A stretch of DNA of 64,000 nucleotides, from the NCBI GenBank assembly GCA_965649265.1, contig CBFGKC010000005.1:64001-128000 (forward strand). Direction: 5' to 3'. Positions 9,274 to 18,622 of this stretch are shown here, piece after piece. This DNA comes from a candidate division WOR-3 bacterium (lineage in GTDB: Bacteria; Hydrothermota; Tepidihabitantia; B3-TA06). The translations under genes were made by a program, and so were the position numbers. Every line of letters begins with the position of its first letter. Position 1 is the stretch's first letter. The notes under the pieces were generated by a model. The model was not told the origin of the DNA, searched no databases, and worked only from the letters and a program-made list of their open reading frames with translations.

Positions 9274-10622
9274 CCCTCCTCTCCACCGAAGAAAAATTGC
9301 TTGCGTTCGTTGAACAATAGGGAGTGAAGGACCGGTCTGGCAAGGTCATCCCACAGGAAACCGAAGCCCTTCTGGTTTATTCTCTTCTGAGCCATCCTTA
9401 TAACGCCTGCGCCGTAATTGCGCATGGGAACGTTAAGCCGGGCCATCCCGACGCGCTTGAGAAAATCCATTGCCCCGGGGTCGATGGAAGGGTGATTCCA
9501 GACGAGGAAACGCGCATCGTAGCGGTGGTAATCCTTCTCGAAGATGCCGTAGCGCTCCTTGATTTCGAACCACTGGGGCGTCTTGGGATACGGGGTAAGC
9601 ACCGTGAGCTGGTGAGCGTCAAAACCAATAGCTGCAAGTGTTTCGTAGTCTGAAATAACGGATTCCACAGTATCGTTCTCGTATCCTATCATGTAAAAAG
9701 CCATTGTGAAGATTTTCCTCTCCCTGGTGGCGCCCCTGAATTCCTTCATTACCTCGAGATTCGTTCTCTTGCCTATCCTCTTGAGCGTCTCGTCGTTCAC
9801 GCTCTCAACCCCGAAACCGACGTTGACCATGCCGCGGTCGGTCCAGGAATCTATGTGCCTGAGCGTCAGGTCGGCCCTTGACTGCACCCACCAGTGAAAC
9901 CCGTAGCGCGCAAGCATGTCGAGTACCTGTTCGGAGTGAGAGGGAAAGGTGTAAAAAGTCTCGTCTAGTATGAAGAGTTCGTTTATTCCGTGCTTTCGGT
10001 AGTAATGCAGAACCTCTTCGATGGATTCGAGGGGAAGCCTTGCCGGGTGCGGGGAATGAACCGGCGTCTGGCAAAAGGTGCACCTGTAAGGACAGCCGCG
10101 CTGCGTGAAAAGGAGGCCGATTTTCTTATATGGGACCGAAGGGGGTACAACAACCCTGACCGGAATCACTATAGGTGGATGCTTGATTCTTTCGGTTTTA
10201 CGACCGAAGCACTCCTCGAGCAGGCTCTCCTCGACGTAACCGTACCAGATGCGGTCGGCGAAGGCCTCCGCTTCCTCGGACAGGCCGCCGTATCCGCCCG
10301 CCCATATCTCCTTCACGCCCTGCCTGCGGGCCTCGGCGACCATTTCGAGTATCTCGGCAAGGTCGTGTTGAAAGAAGGTGAATCCCACTACGTCCCAGCC
10401 TTCCTTGAGCTTTCGGACGTATTCGTGCCACAGGGGGAACTCCATTATGTGGATGCCGGGAACGTTCTGCTTGAGAAATCTCAGAGACGTTGAGACCGTT
10501 CTTATGAATCCGAAACGGGGCGTGCGGTAGAAATTTGCGCCGACGGCGTCGTAGTAATCGTTCGGGGCGCGGCGGTAAGCGGTTGATATAAGAATCCTGG
10601 GCGAAGAACCTCTACTCATCAA
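9270..10622 (-). CDS. B12-binding-domain radical SAM protein (paralog 5, most divergent)
   Basis: CPYRCTFC; WAGGYG. Confidence 0.9.
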   Translation of the reverse strand: MMSRGSSPRILISTAYRRAPNDYYDAVGANFYRTPRFGFIRTVSTSLRFLKQNVPGIHIMEFPLWHEYVRKLKEGWDVVGFTFFQHDLAEILEMVAEARRQGVKEIWAGGYGGLSEEAEAFADRIWYGYVEESLLEECFGRKTERIKHPPIVIPVRVVVPPSVPYKKIGLLFTQRGCPYRCTFCQTPVHSPHPARLPLESIEEVLHYYRKHGINELFILDETFYTFPSHSEQVLDMLARYGFHWWVQSRADLTLRHIDSWTDRGMVNVGFGVESVNDETLKRIGKRTNLEVMKEFRGATRERKIFTMAFYMIGYENDTVESVISDYETLAAIGFDAHQLTVLTPYPKTPQWFEIKERYGIFEKDYHRYDARFLVWNHPSIDPGAMDFLKRVGMARLNVPMRNYGAGVIRMAQKRINQKGFGFLWDDLARPVLHSLLFNERKQFFFGGEEG

Positions 10623-10689
10623 GGGCCCTCATCCCATTTTCATCGGCCGGTTCTTCCTTAATCTTCCGCACCTCTAGACCGGGCTCCAT

Positions 10690-12456
10690 TCACTTGAGAC
10701 TTGCCAGGGGAATAAGCAGCCATGAGGTGTAGTCGGCGACGGCGAGATGGCTCTCGGATGCTGCAACCGCGAGCGCCTTCCCCGGTGTGTCTATGAAGTT
10801 ACCGAGAACCGGAGCCGTTGGGTCCTGGACTCCGACCTCGAGAACCCCCCTTTCGCCGGAAGCAATGTAGAGGGTCGTGCCGGTGAGAGCAAGGCCGTAC
10901 GGCCGCACACCTATGGGAGTGAAGGAAAGCTGCCTCGGCGCCACAGGATTGGACACGTCGAGAATCATGAGCAAGCCCATGGAGTCGGCGACGAACAGCC
11001 TTTGACCATCAAGCAGAAGCGCGACAGGACTGACTGCACCTGGATAAATGGAAATTTCTTCAGGGGTTTTACCCTCCTCCCTCAAGGCAATAATCCTCAA
11101 ACCGGAATCGGGATCGGCCACGTAGGCAATGGAGTCGGTGACGGCAACGTCGAGTGCCTTGATTCCTTCTACCTTCCCCTTGTCCTTCAAAGGTCCACAT
11201 GGACATATCCAGAGAGTCCGCAGCCCCTTGCCTCCCTCTGCGACCACAATCAGTTCGCCCGTGAGGCCGAAACGCAGCGGCTCACCGGGCTGGAATAGTT
11301 CGTATTTCCTTTCCGCACCGGGGAAAGTCTTGATGGAGTAAATTGATACGCCGCGTTCTCCGTCCGCTATATACAGGTTAGTTCCTGAAAGAAGAACTCC
11401 AAGTGCATTTTCGGGTCTCGGATCGGCGTAACCGGTTACGAGAGAGTCCGCATCTTGTTTAACGATGCTCACCCCTCCCCCTCCCTGGGCTATGGCCCAG
11501 AAATCGCCGCTCCTGGAGGTATGCAAAACGGGGGACGAGCGTGAAAAACGCTTGGAGACTGCAAATGCCGAAGGCTTGGAACCTTCGAGAAGAGCTATGC
11601 CCTTCCCGCCCAGCGCGAGGTAAACACCGTTTCTTGCGGGCACGATATCGGAAATGTACCCCTCACGAAAACTCAACGGTGTATCTAAACGTTTGCCGCG
11701 AAAATCAAAGACGGCATAACCCTGGCTCCCCAGAGCCGCATAAAGGGTTTTACCGGAGCAGGTAAGCGAAACTGCCGTGGCCCCTGCGTCGAATCTCAGT
11801 TCCTCCATCGGATGAGCAGGGTCCTTAACGGAAAAAACGACTATCGAAGATTCTCCAAGCCCGACAAACAACTTTCCTGAACCTGCGGCGAGGGTCTTTG
11901 CTCCAGCCAGATTGATCTCGCCTGCAAGGACCGGGGTATTCGTGCAGTCAAAAATCTTGATTCCGTTTCTCGTTAAAGCGTAGAGAAAGTCTCCTGAAAA
12001 AACGATATCCTCCGCGGCTGCGCCGAGGTTCTCGGTTGAAAGCGGCTTTGAAGGATCGCTCTGGGAGCTGATCACAAGAATCCCAGAATTGGTGGCCGCC
12101 GCCAGATGCTTCCCGGATGCGGCAAGAGCCGAAACCTGGCCGCCGGGAGAAAAGAAAGCAGTCTCCCTGAGGCTGTCCTTTACGCTGAATTCCCTTACAT
12201 TTTCTCCCGAAGCCAGCCACACCCGTTCGCCCGATGCGACGATAAGGCTACTGAATTCAGGGGTAGGGATATTGAGGGCACTCGAAAGGCCGTCATCCAA
12301 TTGCGCTATTCCGTAGCCTGTAGCCGCGTAAAGTTTGCCCTTTACCTGGACCAGCGCGGAATAATCGCCGGATATGTAGAAGCTTTTTGTATCGGCGGGA
12401 AGATAACCCGCATTTCCCGCCGAGAATAAAAATGCCGATATTAAGACTGGTATCAT
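10690..12456 (-). CDS. Secreted LVIVD-repeat-like beta-propeller protein
   Basis: Signal peptide; repeats such as AYVADPDSGLRII, LMILDVSNPVAP, IDTPGKALAV. Confidence 0.8.
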   Translation of the reverse strand: MIPVLISAFLFSAGNAGYLPADTKSFYISGDYSALVQVKGKLYAATGYGIAQLDDGLSSALNIPTPEFSSLIVASGERVWLASGENVREFSVKDSLRETAFFSPGGQVSALAASGKHLAAATNSGILVISSQSDPSKPLSTENLGAAAEDIVFSGDFLYALTRNGIKIFDCTNTPVLAGEINLAGAKTLAAGSGKLFVGLGESSIVVFSVKDPAHPMEELRFDAGATAVSLTCSGKTLYAALGSQGYAVFDFRGKRLDTPLSFREGYISDIVPARNGVYLALGGKGIALLEGSKPSAFAVSKRFSRSSPVLHTSRSGDFWAIAQGGGGVSIVKQDADSLVTGYADPRPENALGVLLSGTNLYIADGERGVSIYSIKTFPGAERKYELFQPGEPLRFGLTGELIVVAEGGKGLRTLWICPCGPLKDKGKVEGIKALDVAVTDSIAYVADPDSGLRIIALREEGKTPEEISIYPGAVSPVALLLDGQRLFVADSMGLLMILDVSNPVAPRQLSFTPIGVRPYGLALTGTTLYIASGERGVLEVGVQDPTAPVLGNFIDTPGKALAVAASESHLAVADYTSWLLIPLASLK

Positions 12457-12469
12457 TCGTTACTCCAAG

Positions 12470-14230
12470 CTATTTTAAGTTATACGCTTCAACCGCGTAG
12501 GGAGTCACAACTAAAAGCCGACCCTCGCTTACGGCAACACCCCTTGCCTTATCTATATCGATGTTCTGAACTATCTGGGGTGAAGACGGTTTCGATATGT
12601 CCACGGCGTACACGCCTTCCTCTCCCGAGGCGATGAAAAGCGTATCACCGTCTCTGGCAAGCGCCGAAGGGGTACCCTGGAGTTCAAGCACGGCAAGCTC
12701 CTTCGGCCGTGTGGGCCGGGAAACGTTTATTATCGTGAGTGCACCCGATTCATCCAGGCCGAAAAGCAAATCGCCGTCAAGGTAAAGCTTTTCGTAATCC
12801 CTCGAAAGAGGGGTCGTTGCGACCGTTTCAAGATGGGTGCTGTCTTTCCAGGATACGGTCTCGAGCGCACCAGGCGAAACGGATACGAAAGCGAGTTTGG
12901 TTTGCGGACAAATTCGAATATCCAGGGCCCTTCCGCCGACGCTCATTCTTCCCTGCTCCTTCAAAGGCCCGCATGGACAGCGCCAGAAGGAACCAACACC
13001 TTTTGTGTCTTCAGCGGTAAGCACCATCTCGCCTTCGGCATCCAGCCCTCGCAGCATGTATTCAAACTGTAAAAATGCGCGTTTTTCGGGGTGAGCAGGC
13101 TCCTTAATATCCACCGCCTGCAGAAGATTAGTGGCCGTTATGGTGTAGACCTGTGAACCGAAAAGATAAAGCCTTCTTGTTTCGTTCACCCCGGGGAAAG
13201 TCCCGAGGAATGAAAGGGGATCGCCGGTTTCCAGGGTTCTGATTCCACCCTCACCAATGGCAAGAACCGCAATGTTGCCTCTTGCAAGAATGTCGTAGCC
13301 GACGCCCGCGCGCTTGAAAAATATTCCCTGCAGGGCGTTGGGTTTGATTGAAAGATCGACCTTGCCGAAACCAACACCGGTAAGGAGAAGTGCGAGTGAA
13401 TCCTCGAGTGCAAGGCCTGTACCCAGTCCGGACATCCCCTCCTCCTGGGCAAGCACCGGCTTTTTGGGATCGGCGAGAGAAAAAATCGATAAATCGGAAG
13501 TTCCGGATGCAGCCGCAAGTCGGTCCTTGAAGATTGCCAGCCTATTGACCTGTCCTTCCGTCGCTACCCGTGACAAGACACGAACCGAGCCGCGGCGTGG
13601 TTCGACCACCCAAAGGCCGTCATCGCCTGCAGCGATGTAAAGAAGATTATCCTGCTCCAGAACGTCTAAAACGGCAGGCGCCCCGTCGAGCGCAAGCCTT
13701 TTTACCTCAGGCGATTTGGTTTCAAGATCAACAACCCAGAAACCCGCGGTGTCCGCTGCAAGGTAGATTTTGTCCTTCGAAGGCACTATCCTCACCGGGA
13801 CGGCGGGAAGGGCTACTGGTGTACCCGCGATCGCACTGCCGGATGCCAGGTTTTGCCCGTAAAGATTTCCACTCGTATCCGAAAACCAGAGCGTATCACC
13901 CGAGACGGAAAGCGCGGAGATTCCGCCTTCCTTAATCCAGGAGATACCCGCGCTTTTTTTATCTGCGGGGTCCATCTCCAAAACGGCCAGTCCCCGACTA
14001 CCGGCAACGTAGAGATTATCCTTCCACATTCCGAGGTCGTGACTGTACCCGGGCAGGTAATAATTGCCGATACGGTGCATATCCGAGAGGGCAAAAATGC
14101 TCACCCCTCTGCCGTCCGTAACGTAGATGTTTTCTTTATCCATCACAGCCGAACGGAAATCCCCGCCAAAAACGAGCTGCAACGAATGGTCAAAAACGCC
14201 GCTTAAAGCTAAAAAGAGAAGTATTGCCAT
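12470..14230 (-). CDS. Secreted LVIVD-repeat-like beta-propeller protein
   Basis: Signal-like N-terminus; LYIAAGDDGLWVV, YAVDISKPSSP repeats. Confidence 0.8.
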   Translation of the reverse strand: MAILLFLALSGVFDHSLQLVFGGDFRSAVMDKENIYVTDGRGVSIFALSDMHRIGNYYLPGYSHDLGMWKDNLYVAGSRGLAVLEMDPADKKSAGISWIKEGGISALSVSGDTLWFSDTSGNLYGQNLASGSAIAGTPVALPAVPVRIVPSKDKIYLAADTAGFWVVDLETKSPEVKRLALDGAPAVLDVLEQDNLLYIAAGDDGLWVVEPRRGSVRVLSRVATEGQVNRLAIFKDRLAAASGTSDLSIFSLADPKKPVLAQEEGMSGLGTGLALEDSLALLLTGVGFGKVDLSIKPNALQGIFFKRAGVGYDILARGNIAVLAIGEGGIRTLETGDPLSFLGTFPGVNETRRLYLFGSQVYTITATNLLQAVDIKEPAHPEKRAFLQFEYMLRGLDAEGEMVLTAEDTKGVGSFWRCPCGPLKEQGRMSVGGRALDIRICPQTKLAFVSVSPGALETVSWKDSTHLETVATTPLSRDYEKLYLDGDLLFGLDESGALTIINVSRPTRPKELAVLELQGTPSALARDGDTLFIASGEEGVYAVDISKPSSPQIVQNIDIDKARGVAVSEGRLLVVTPYAVEAYNLK

Positions 14231-14250
14231 CGCCGGGAAGAGAGCTGGGG

Positions 14251-15009
14251 TCAGCGGTTCTGCAAAATCTGCTGCCGGAGATCAAACTCGCGAGGCATTC
14301 TGATCGGCAACGTTTGATCGATCAGTTCCCGGTTTGTTTCTTTTTTGTACCCGAGATCCTTTACCCTTACGACCATTTTTGCGGCATTGGGCATCATCAG
14401 GCCCGCGTTAAGTTCAATGCGCGTCGGTATGGGATTTTTCTTATCTGTTGTAAAATCATAGAACCTGACTTGAGTGGCGTTGGTTTCTATGCCTGTGGGC
14501 TTCTTTGTTGAGCTGTCAAAAACGTAGCTTAAGCCGGATACCGTTTTGACGATTGTCGAAGTGGCGTCGTTGTAGAATGTGTCAATATCTTTAGGGTCCG
14601 CCGGAATCAGGTTAAAAACCATCAGTATATCCTTGGGCGTAAAAGGCATGCTGTTAGCCCAGCCTGTGCCCTGATTCAGAAACGTCACAAGCTTTACCCT
14701 GCGCATGAAATCATAAATCCATACCGTGTCCGCGTCTCCCCTGAAAAATCCCGCCGGCGCTCCCCCGGGGAGTCGTACGTCGAATATATATTTTCCACTT
14801 TCCCAGTAGAAAAAGAAAGGCATTTGAAGCAGAACCTTGTCCGAACTATCCAACGCCTCGACAAAACCGCTAACCGAAAGAATTTTTGGAGTTTGTCTTA
14901 TCTCCATGAACTTAAGCTCTTCAGGATATGTGGTTTTTGCCTTTGCAGAAACGATAGAAAATAGTACGCCAAAGGCCACTATCAAGTTATAAGCTAAATT
15001 GGACCTCAT
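14251..15009 (-). CDS. Exported hypothetical protein (LolA/LolB-like beta fold possible)
   Basis: Signal peptide, GGAGG RBS, beta-rich sequence; the fold is a guess. Confidence 0.65.
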   Translation of the reverse strand: MRSNLAYNLIVAFGVLFSIVSAKAKTTYPEELKFMEIRQTPKILSVSGFVEALDSSDKVLLQMPFFFYWESGKYIFDVRLPGGAPAGFFRGDADTVWIYDFMRRVKLVTFLNQGTGWANSMPFTPKDILMVFNLIPADPKDIDTFYNDATSTIVKTVSGLSYVFDSSTKKPTGIETNATQVRFYDFTTDKKNPIPTRIELNAGLMMPNAAKMVVRVKDLGYKKETNRELIDQTLPIRMPREFDLRQQILQNR

Positions 15010-15052
15010 TATTGTTCCTCCTAGAGGGTATTCAATCTTTATGTAACGAAGA

Positions 15053-15080
15053 ATTATAGAACTGCGCGGCCGAATGTCAA
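15053..15080 (-). promoter_or_regulatory. sigma70-like promoter TTGACA-N16-TATAAT
   Basis: Perfect hexamers heading the putative 15009->7939 operon. Confidence 0.75.
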
Positions 15081-15106
15081 GGCAAGAATTTTGTCGACCG
15101 GGTCGG

Positions 15107-15472
15107 TCAATAGAAGTCGTCTATTCCTGATATCTTGAGGTTCGGCTTTGTTTTGGAGAGTTTCTTAAGGGTATCTATCACAACCCAGGTTTCTCCCCAC
15201 GGCAAGGTTGTATCGATGCGAACCATAAGCTCCACATTTTGTGAGATTTTTGAGTAATGCGACCAGAGATCGTCTACATCCATTTTCTTCCGATTCAGGT
15301 AAAGACCCGAAGTCGTGACATTCAGGGTATCGATTTGACCGGAAAAAGGGTGTCCCGTTTTCAGAATCCTTGTGACTACGATGAGGCCTAAAAGCACCGC
15401 TATCGCGATAATCACCGGACCTCTGAGCAAGCTGAGGCGGGGAAGAGGGTTTCTTCGTTCGGGTAAACTCAT
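15107..15472 (-). CDS. ExbD/TolR-like single-TM protein
   Basis: One TM helix, then VRIDTTLPWGETWVVIDTLK resembling the ExbD periplasmic motif; -10 box 6 nt before the ATG (leaderless). Confidence 0.55.
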   Translation of the reverse strand: MSLPERRNPLPRLSLLRGPVIIAIAVLLGLIVVTRILKTGHPFSGQIDTLNVTTSGLYLNRKKMDVDDLWSHYSKISQNVELMVRIDTTLPWGETWVVIDTLKKLSKTKPNLKISGIDDFY

Positions 15473-15609
15473 TTCTAGATTATAGTCATTTAACTTCCGG
15501 GGTCAAAGCTTGAGTAAAAAACCGTGATAGATTTCCTCAGGGGTTGTCAGCGCAGCAGCACTCTTACTTCTTCACGTAAAGCGATATCTCGAAGGGCTAT
15601 GCCGGAGAA

Positions 15610-15635
15610 GGGGGCTTCTATATCAAGAAGCCCCC
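15610..15635 (-). terminator. GC hairpin after lipoprotein gene
   Basis: GGGGGCTTCT-ATATCA-AGAAGCCCCC. Confidence 0.5.
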
Positions 15636-15671
15636 CCGAAAGGTTCGAATTCTATAAGCTTATACCCGTTG

Positions 15672-16175
15672 TTACTTTTTTGGATACTTCCACAGGTAGT
15701 CCATACGGACCTTTGTCGTCTCGGGTTTCTGATCGACCAGGAAAGCCACAGAGATCGAATCGCCTTCTATCTTCGTGATGGTGCCGTTGTCTATATAGAC
15801 GAAAGTCGTGTCATAGAAACCGCGTCTGACGAGAACGGGTGCGGCCGTTTTAACTTCGTTTTTCTTGAGTGGGATTTTCTTGATCACGTATTCCATTTTG
15901 ATTTTGTACGAGGACTCGCTGAGGTACGATGCAACATCGTTCCAGTGCGATCCAGGCGTGATGGTCACGGTATCACCGTTGATGGCCGACACCGTGGCTT
16001 CGGCCCAATTCGAGCCTCCGTTGTAAGGCTGACCGTACGATATCGTGTAAGGCTGGACGAACACGGCGTCCCCTACCTTGACGACATCGACACTGCCGGA
16101 ACCGCATCCAGGAACCAGCGCTATCCCGAGTATTACAGTTATGATGAGGATTGCTTGAGTAGTCTTTGTTGACAT
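15672..16175 (-). CDS. Hypothetical lipoprotein
   Basis: Lipobox-like LVPG-C; AGGAGG RBS before ATG 16175. Confidence 0.75.
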   Translation of the reverse strand: MSTKTTQAILIITVILGIALVPGCGSGSVDVVKVGDAVFVQPYTISYGQPYNGGSNWAEATVSAINGDTVTITPGSHWNDVASYLSESSYKIKMEYVIKKIPLKKNEVKTAAPVLVRRGFYDTTFVYIDNGTITKIEGDSISVAFLVDQKPETTKVRMDYLWKYPKK

Positions 16176-16480
16176 TAAGTCCTCCTGCAAAGAAGGTTAA
16201 CGGAGTGAAATATACCCAAGGGCAATACGATGTCAAGTACCATTTAAATAATTAAATTGTGACCATAAGTAAAGCTCCAGTGCTTAGTAAAACGGGGGGG
16301 GAGGAGGGGTTTGCGAGCAAGATTGTCAGCCCCCCTCTTCAAAGAGCCTGCCCGTAAGTCATACTAGAGATGCCGAACAGGACCTCGTTCTCTCACCAGC
16401 TTGACATGGATATCAGGCCAGCCCCCCCCTCGTTTAGCGAACGACTTCGGGCGGCGGCTTTGCACCCGGCGACTAACGGA

Positions 16481-17176
16481 TTATCTTCCCAGTTTCACTA
16501 GCCAGCGCTCTAAAGGGTCCATGTTCTTTGAGTGTTCCAGGCAGAGGTCGAGGAGCCTGGGTGAGGTGACGGTCTTTACCGGGATTGGGGGCGACTTGGC
16601 ATAGAGGGTGTTGTGGCGCAGAAGCTCGGCCCTGGGATGATCGGGTGCGTATCCTGCAGGAACGCGTTTGTAATGCACGTCACCGGTTACATAGTCGCCC
16701 GATTTGCGGACTGCTGCCAGGGCTTTTTCGAGTTCGCGCCCACGCCTGTCGTCGGCGACCGCATCGCGAAAATCCTGAAGTTCTTCCTTGGAAAACTCGT
16801 ACTTCCCCGCATACATGAAGGCAGAGTTCGACTCGAGGTGGAAATAGAAACCGGGATTCGACATCTTTTTGCCCGGACCCTCCCAGAAGAAGATGCCCAT
16901 GTGGGTTTTATATGGCGACTTATCGGCGCTGAAGCGGACATCCCTGTGGATTCTGAAAAGCGAGCCCGAGCCGTTGGTTCTCGTGCTGTAGACGATATCC
17001 TTGGAGACTTCTTTCTGCAGCAGGGCTCCGAATCCGGTGATGAATGCGAGTGCGGGTGCCACAAGCGATTCCTCGTAGACACTCCTGTTGGCTTCAAACC
17101 AGCCCTTTTCGTTATTTCTGGTGAGGTCGGCGAGAAAATCCAGGCCCTTTTCAGGGAATCCTTTAAATTGGTCCAT
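16481..17176 (-). CDS. DUF2461 (TIGR02453) family protein
   Basis: NNEKGWFEANR, FRIHRDVRFSADKSPYK; true start MDQFKGF after GGAGGAG. Confidence 0.9.
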   Translation of the reverse strand: MDQFKGFPEKGLDFLADLTRNNEKGWFEANRSVYEESLVAPALAFITGFGALLQKEVSKDIVYSTRTNGSGSLFRIHRDVRFSADKSPYKTHMGIFFWEGPGKKMSNPGFYFHLESNSAFMYAGKYEFSKEELQDFRDAVADDRRGRELEKALAAVRKSGDYVTGDVHYKRVPAGYAPDHPRAELLRHNTLYAKSPPIPVKTVTSPRLLDLCLEHSKNMDPLERWLVKLGR

Positions 17177-17186
17177 GGCTCCTCCT

Positions 17187-17633
17187 TTATCGATTTTTCC
17201 CGAACACTCTCCTGCATCTGGAGCACGCTTCAAGATACCAGCTGCCTTTTGCCCCGCATTCGCATGTCCAGCGTTTCTTTTGTCTTGTGAGCCATTCTGT
17301 TTCGCCAAGTTCCTTGAGAAGTTCGAGGTTTCCGATGACTTCAGAGTGATGCACAAGCCCGTCTTCGGAGAACTTTTTGATGCGGGAACAGGGGAACTCG
17401 GCGCAAAGTCCGCAGTGCTCGAGCGAGTGAGCGCGGGCGCACTCGCGTATCCCGCACTCATCACACAAACTTTCGTCGGCCCTGCAGCCGGGGCAGAACT
17501 GGAGCGGTGCATCGGCATACTCTCGGAGCTTACCGGGCAAGTGGGTAAGATGACGCCGGTCTTGCTCGTCGAAGGCAACCTTGAAGCTGCACGCGCCGCA
17601 GAAAAGCCCGCAGTAGCCTGTCAGGTCGTTCAT
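17187..17633 (-). CDS. DUF3795-like Cys-rich protein
   Basis: CGLFCGAC...CPGC...CGIREC...HCGLCAEFPC, plus a C-terminal CxC/CxxC. Confidence 0.85.
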   Translation of the reverse strand: MNDLTGYCGLFCGACSFKVAFDEQDRRHLTHLPGKLREYADAPLQFCPGCRADESLCDECGIRECARAHSLEHCGLCAEFPCSRIKKFSEDGLVHHSEVIGNLELLKELGETEWLTRQKKRWTCECGAKGSWYLEACSRCRRVFGKNR

Positions 17634-17637
17634 GATT

Positions 17638-17982
17638 CTAGAGAGTCTTTCTTATCTCTTCGAGATTGGCCTTTGCCTGAGGAGCCATTTTGAAAAATCC
17701 TTCTGCTGTCTCGCAGGCGTAGTCGGGGCAGTAAGCGCAGTTCTCGACGCCCTTGGCCGACGCGCACTTGCGAATGGCGCACTGGGCGCAGTAACCGATA
17801 TGGCGACCCGCCATGTCGGTGCAGCCGTCGCAGTTTATGTCTTCGATTTTGAACTCGGATTTGAACTCATTCGACCACTGCTCGGCGATTTTTGCGCGAG
17901 CCTCGTTGTCGTCGTTCTTGGTTGCTATGTAACCCGGACAGGCTCCGCAGTCAAGCCCGCAGAAAGCGATCATCTTTGACAT
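17638..17982 (-). CDS. DUF3795-like Cys-rich protein
   Basis: CGLDCGAC...CDGC...CAIRKC...NCAYCPDYAC. Confidence 0.9.
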   Translation of the reverse strand: MSKMIAFCGLDCGACPGYIATKNDDNEARAKIAEQWSNEFKSEFKIEDINCDGCTDMAGRHIGYCAQCAIRKCASAKGVENCAYCPDYACETAEGFFKMAPQAKANLEEIRKTL

Positions 17983-17998
17983 ATCGTCTCCTTATTTC

Positions 17999-18039
17999 TT
18001 TTGTATACATAAGCTTACTTTAAATTGCTTACTTGTCAA
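17999..18039 (-). promoter_or_regulatory. Promoter TTGACA-N16-TAAGCT with a TGTATACA palindrome at the start site
   Basis: Same arrangement repeated at 20286-20325. Confidence 0.65.
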
Positions 18040-18084
18040 CCCCTCATTCTATTGTTGCATGGAGATTGAGGAGCGCGCGGCGGT

Positions 18085-18591
18085 TTATTTGACGGGCACC
18101 ATGAAATCGAGTTCGGAGTCCGGATTATCCATACCCTTGAAACGTTCGGCATCGTAGTATTCTATCATATAATCGAAGGAAGGCTCGAGTCTTGCTTTAG
18201 GAAGCCACTTGTTCCATATTTCCTGGGTTTTTGACCAGTTTTCTTTTATTTCCCTCATCGTGAACGTGAAGACGGCGTAGCGGGTTTCGGGGAGTATCTT
18301 CGCGACGAGTTCGAGAGGGATATCCTCGAGGCTCGAGACCTCGAGGCCGGTAAAGATGTATTTGTTTCCGGATTCCTTCTCCTCCTTGAAATCTATCCAG
18401 AGTTCGTAGCCGGACTCCGAGACCAGGTTTTTTAAGGAATCCAGCTTTTTCCCGGTAAATCGAGAGAGTCTTTTCCATAATTCACCGACTGCGTTTTGCG
18501 CAGACCATCCGCCCGCCTTCTCATAGGGCTTCCCGAAGAAATCGACCCCGACAAGGATCAGCTTCTTTCTCTCTGTGATTCTCGGTGTCAC
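18085..18591 (-). CDS. GyrI-like small-molecule-binding protein
   Basis: YAVFT, IWNKWLP, IEYYDAERF...ELDFMVPV. Confidence 0.85.
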   Translation of the reverse strand: MTPRITERKKLILVGVDFFGKPYEKAGGWSAQNAVGELWKRLSRFTGKKLDSLKNLVSESGYELWIDFKEEKESGNKYIFTGLEVSSLEDIPLELVAKILPETRYAVFTFTMREIKENWSKTQEIWNKWLPKARLEPSFDYMIEYYDAERFKGMDNPDSELDFMVPVK

Positions 18592-18622
18592 TATTGGCTC
18601 CTTTTTGAATGCGATGTTAGTA

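Noticed and set aside
17177-17578. N-terminal extension of the DUF2461 ORF in the ORF track
   Set aside because: It overlaps the real DUF3795-like gene; an RBS supports the start at 17176
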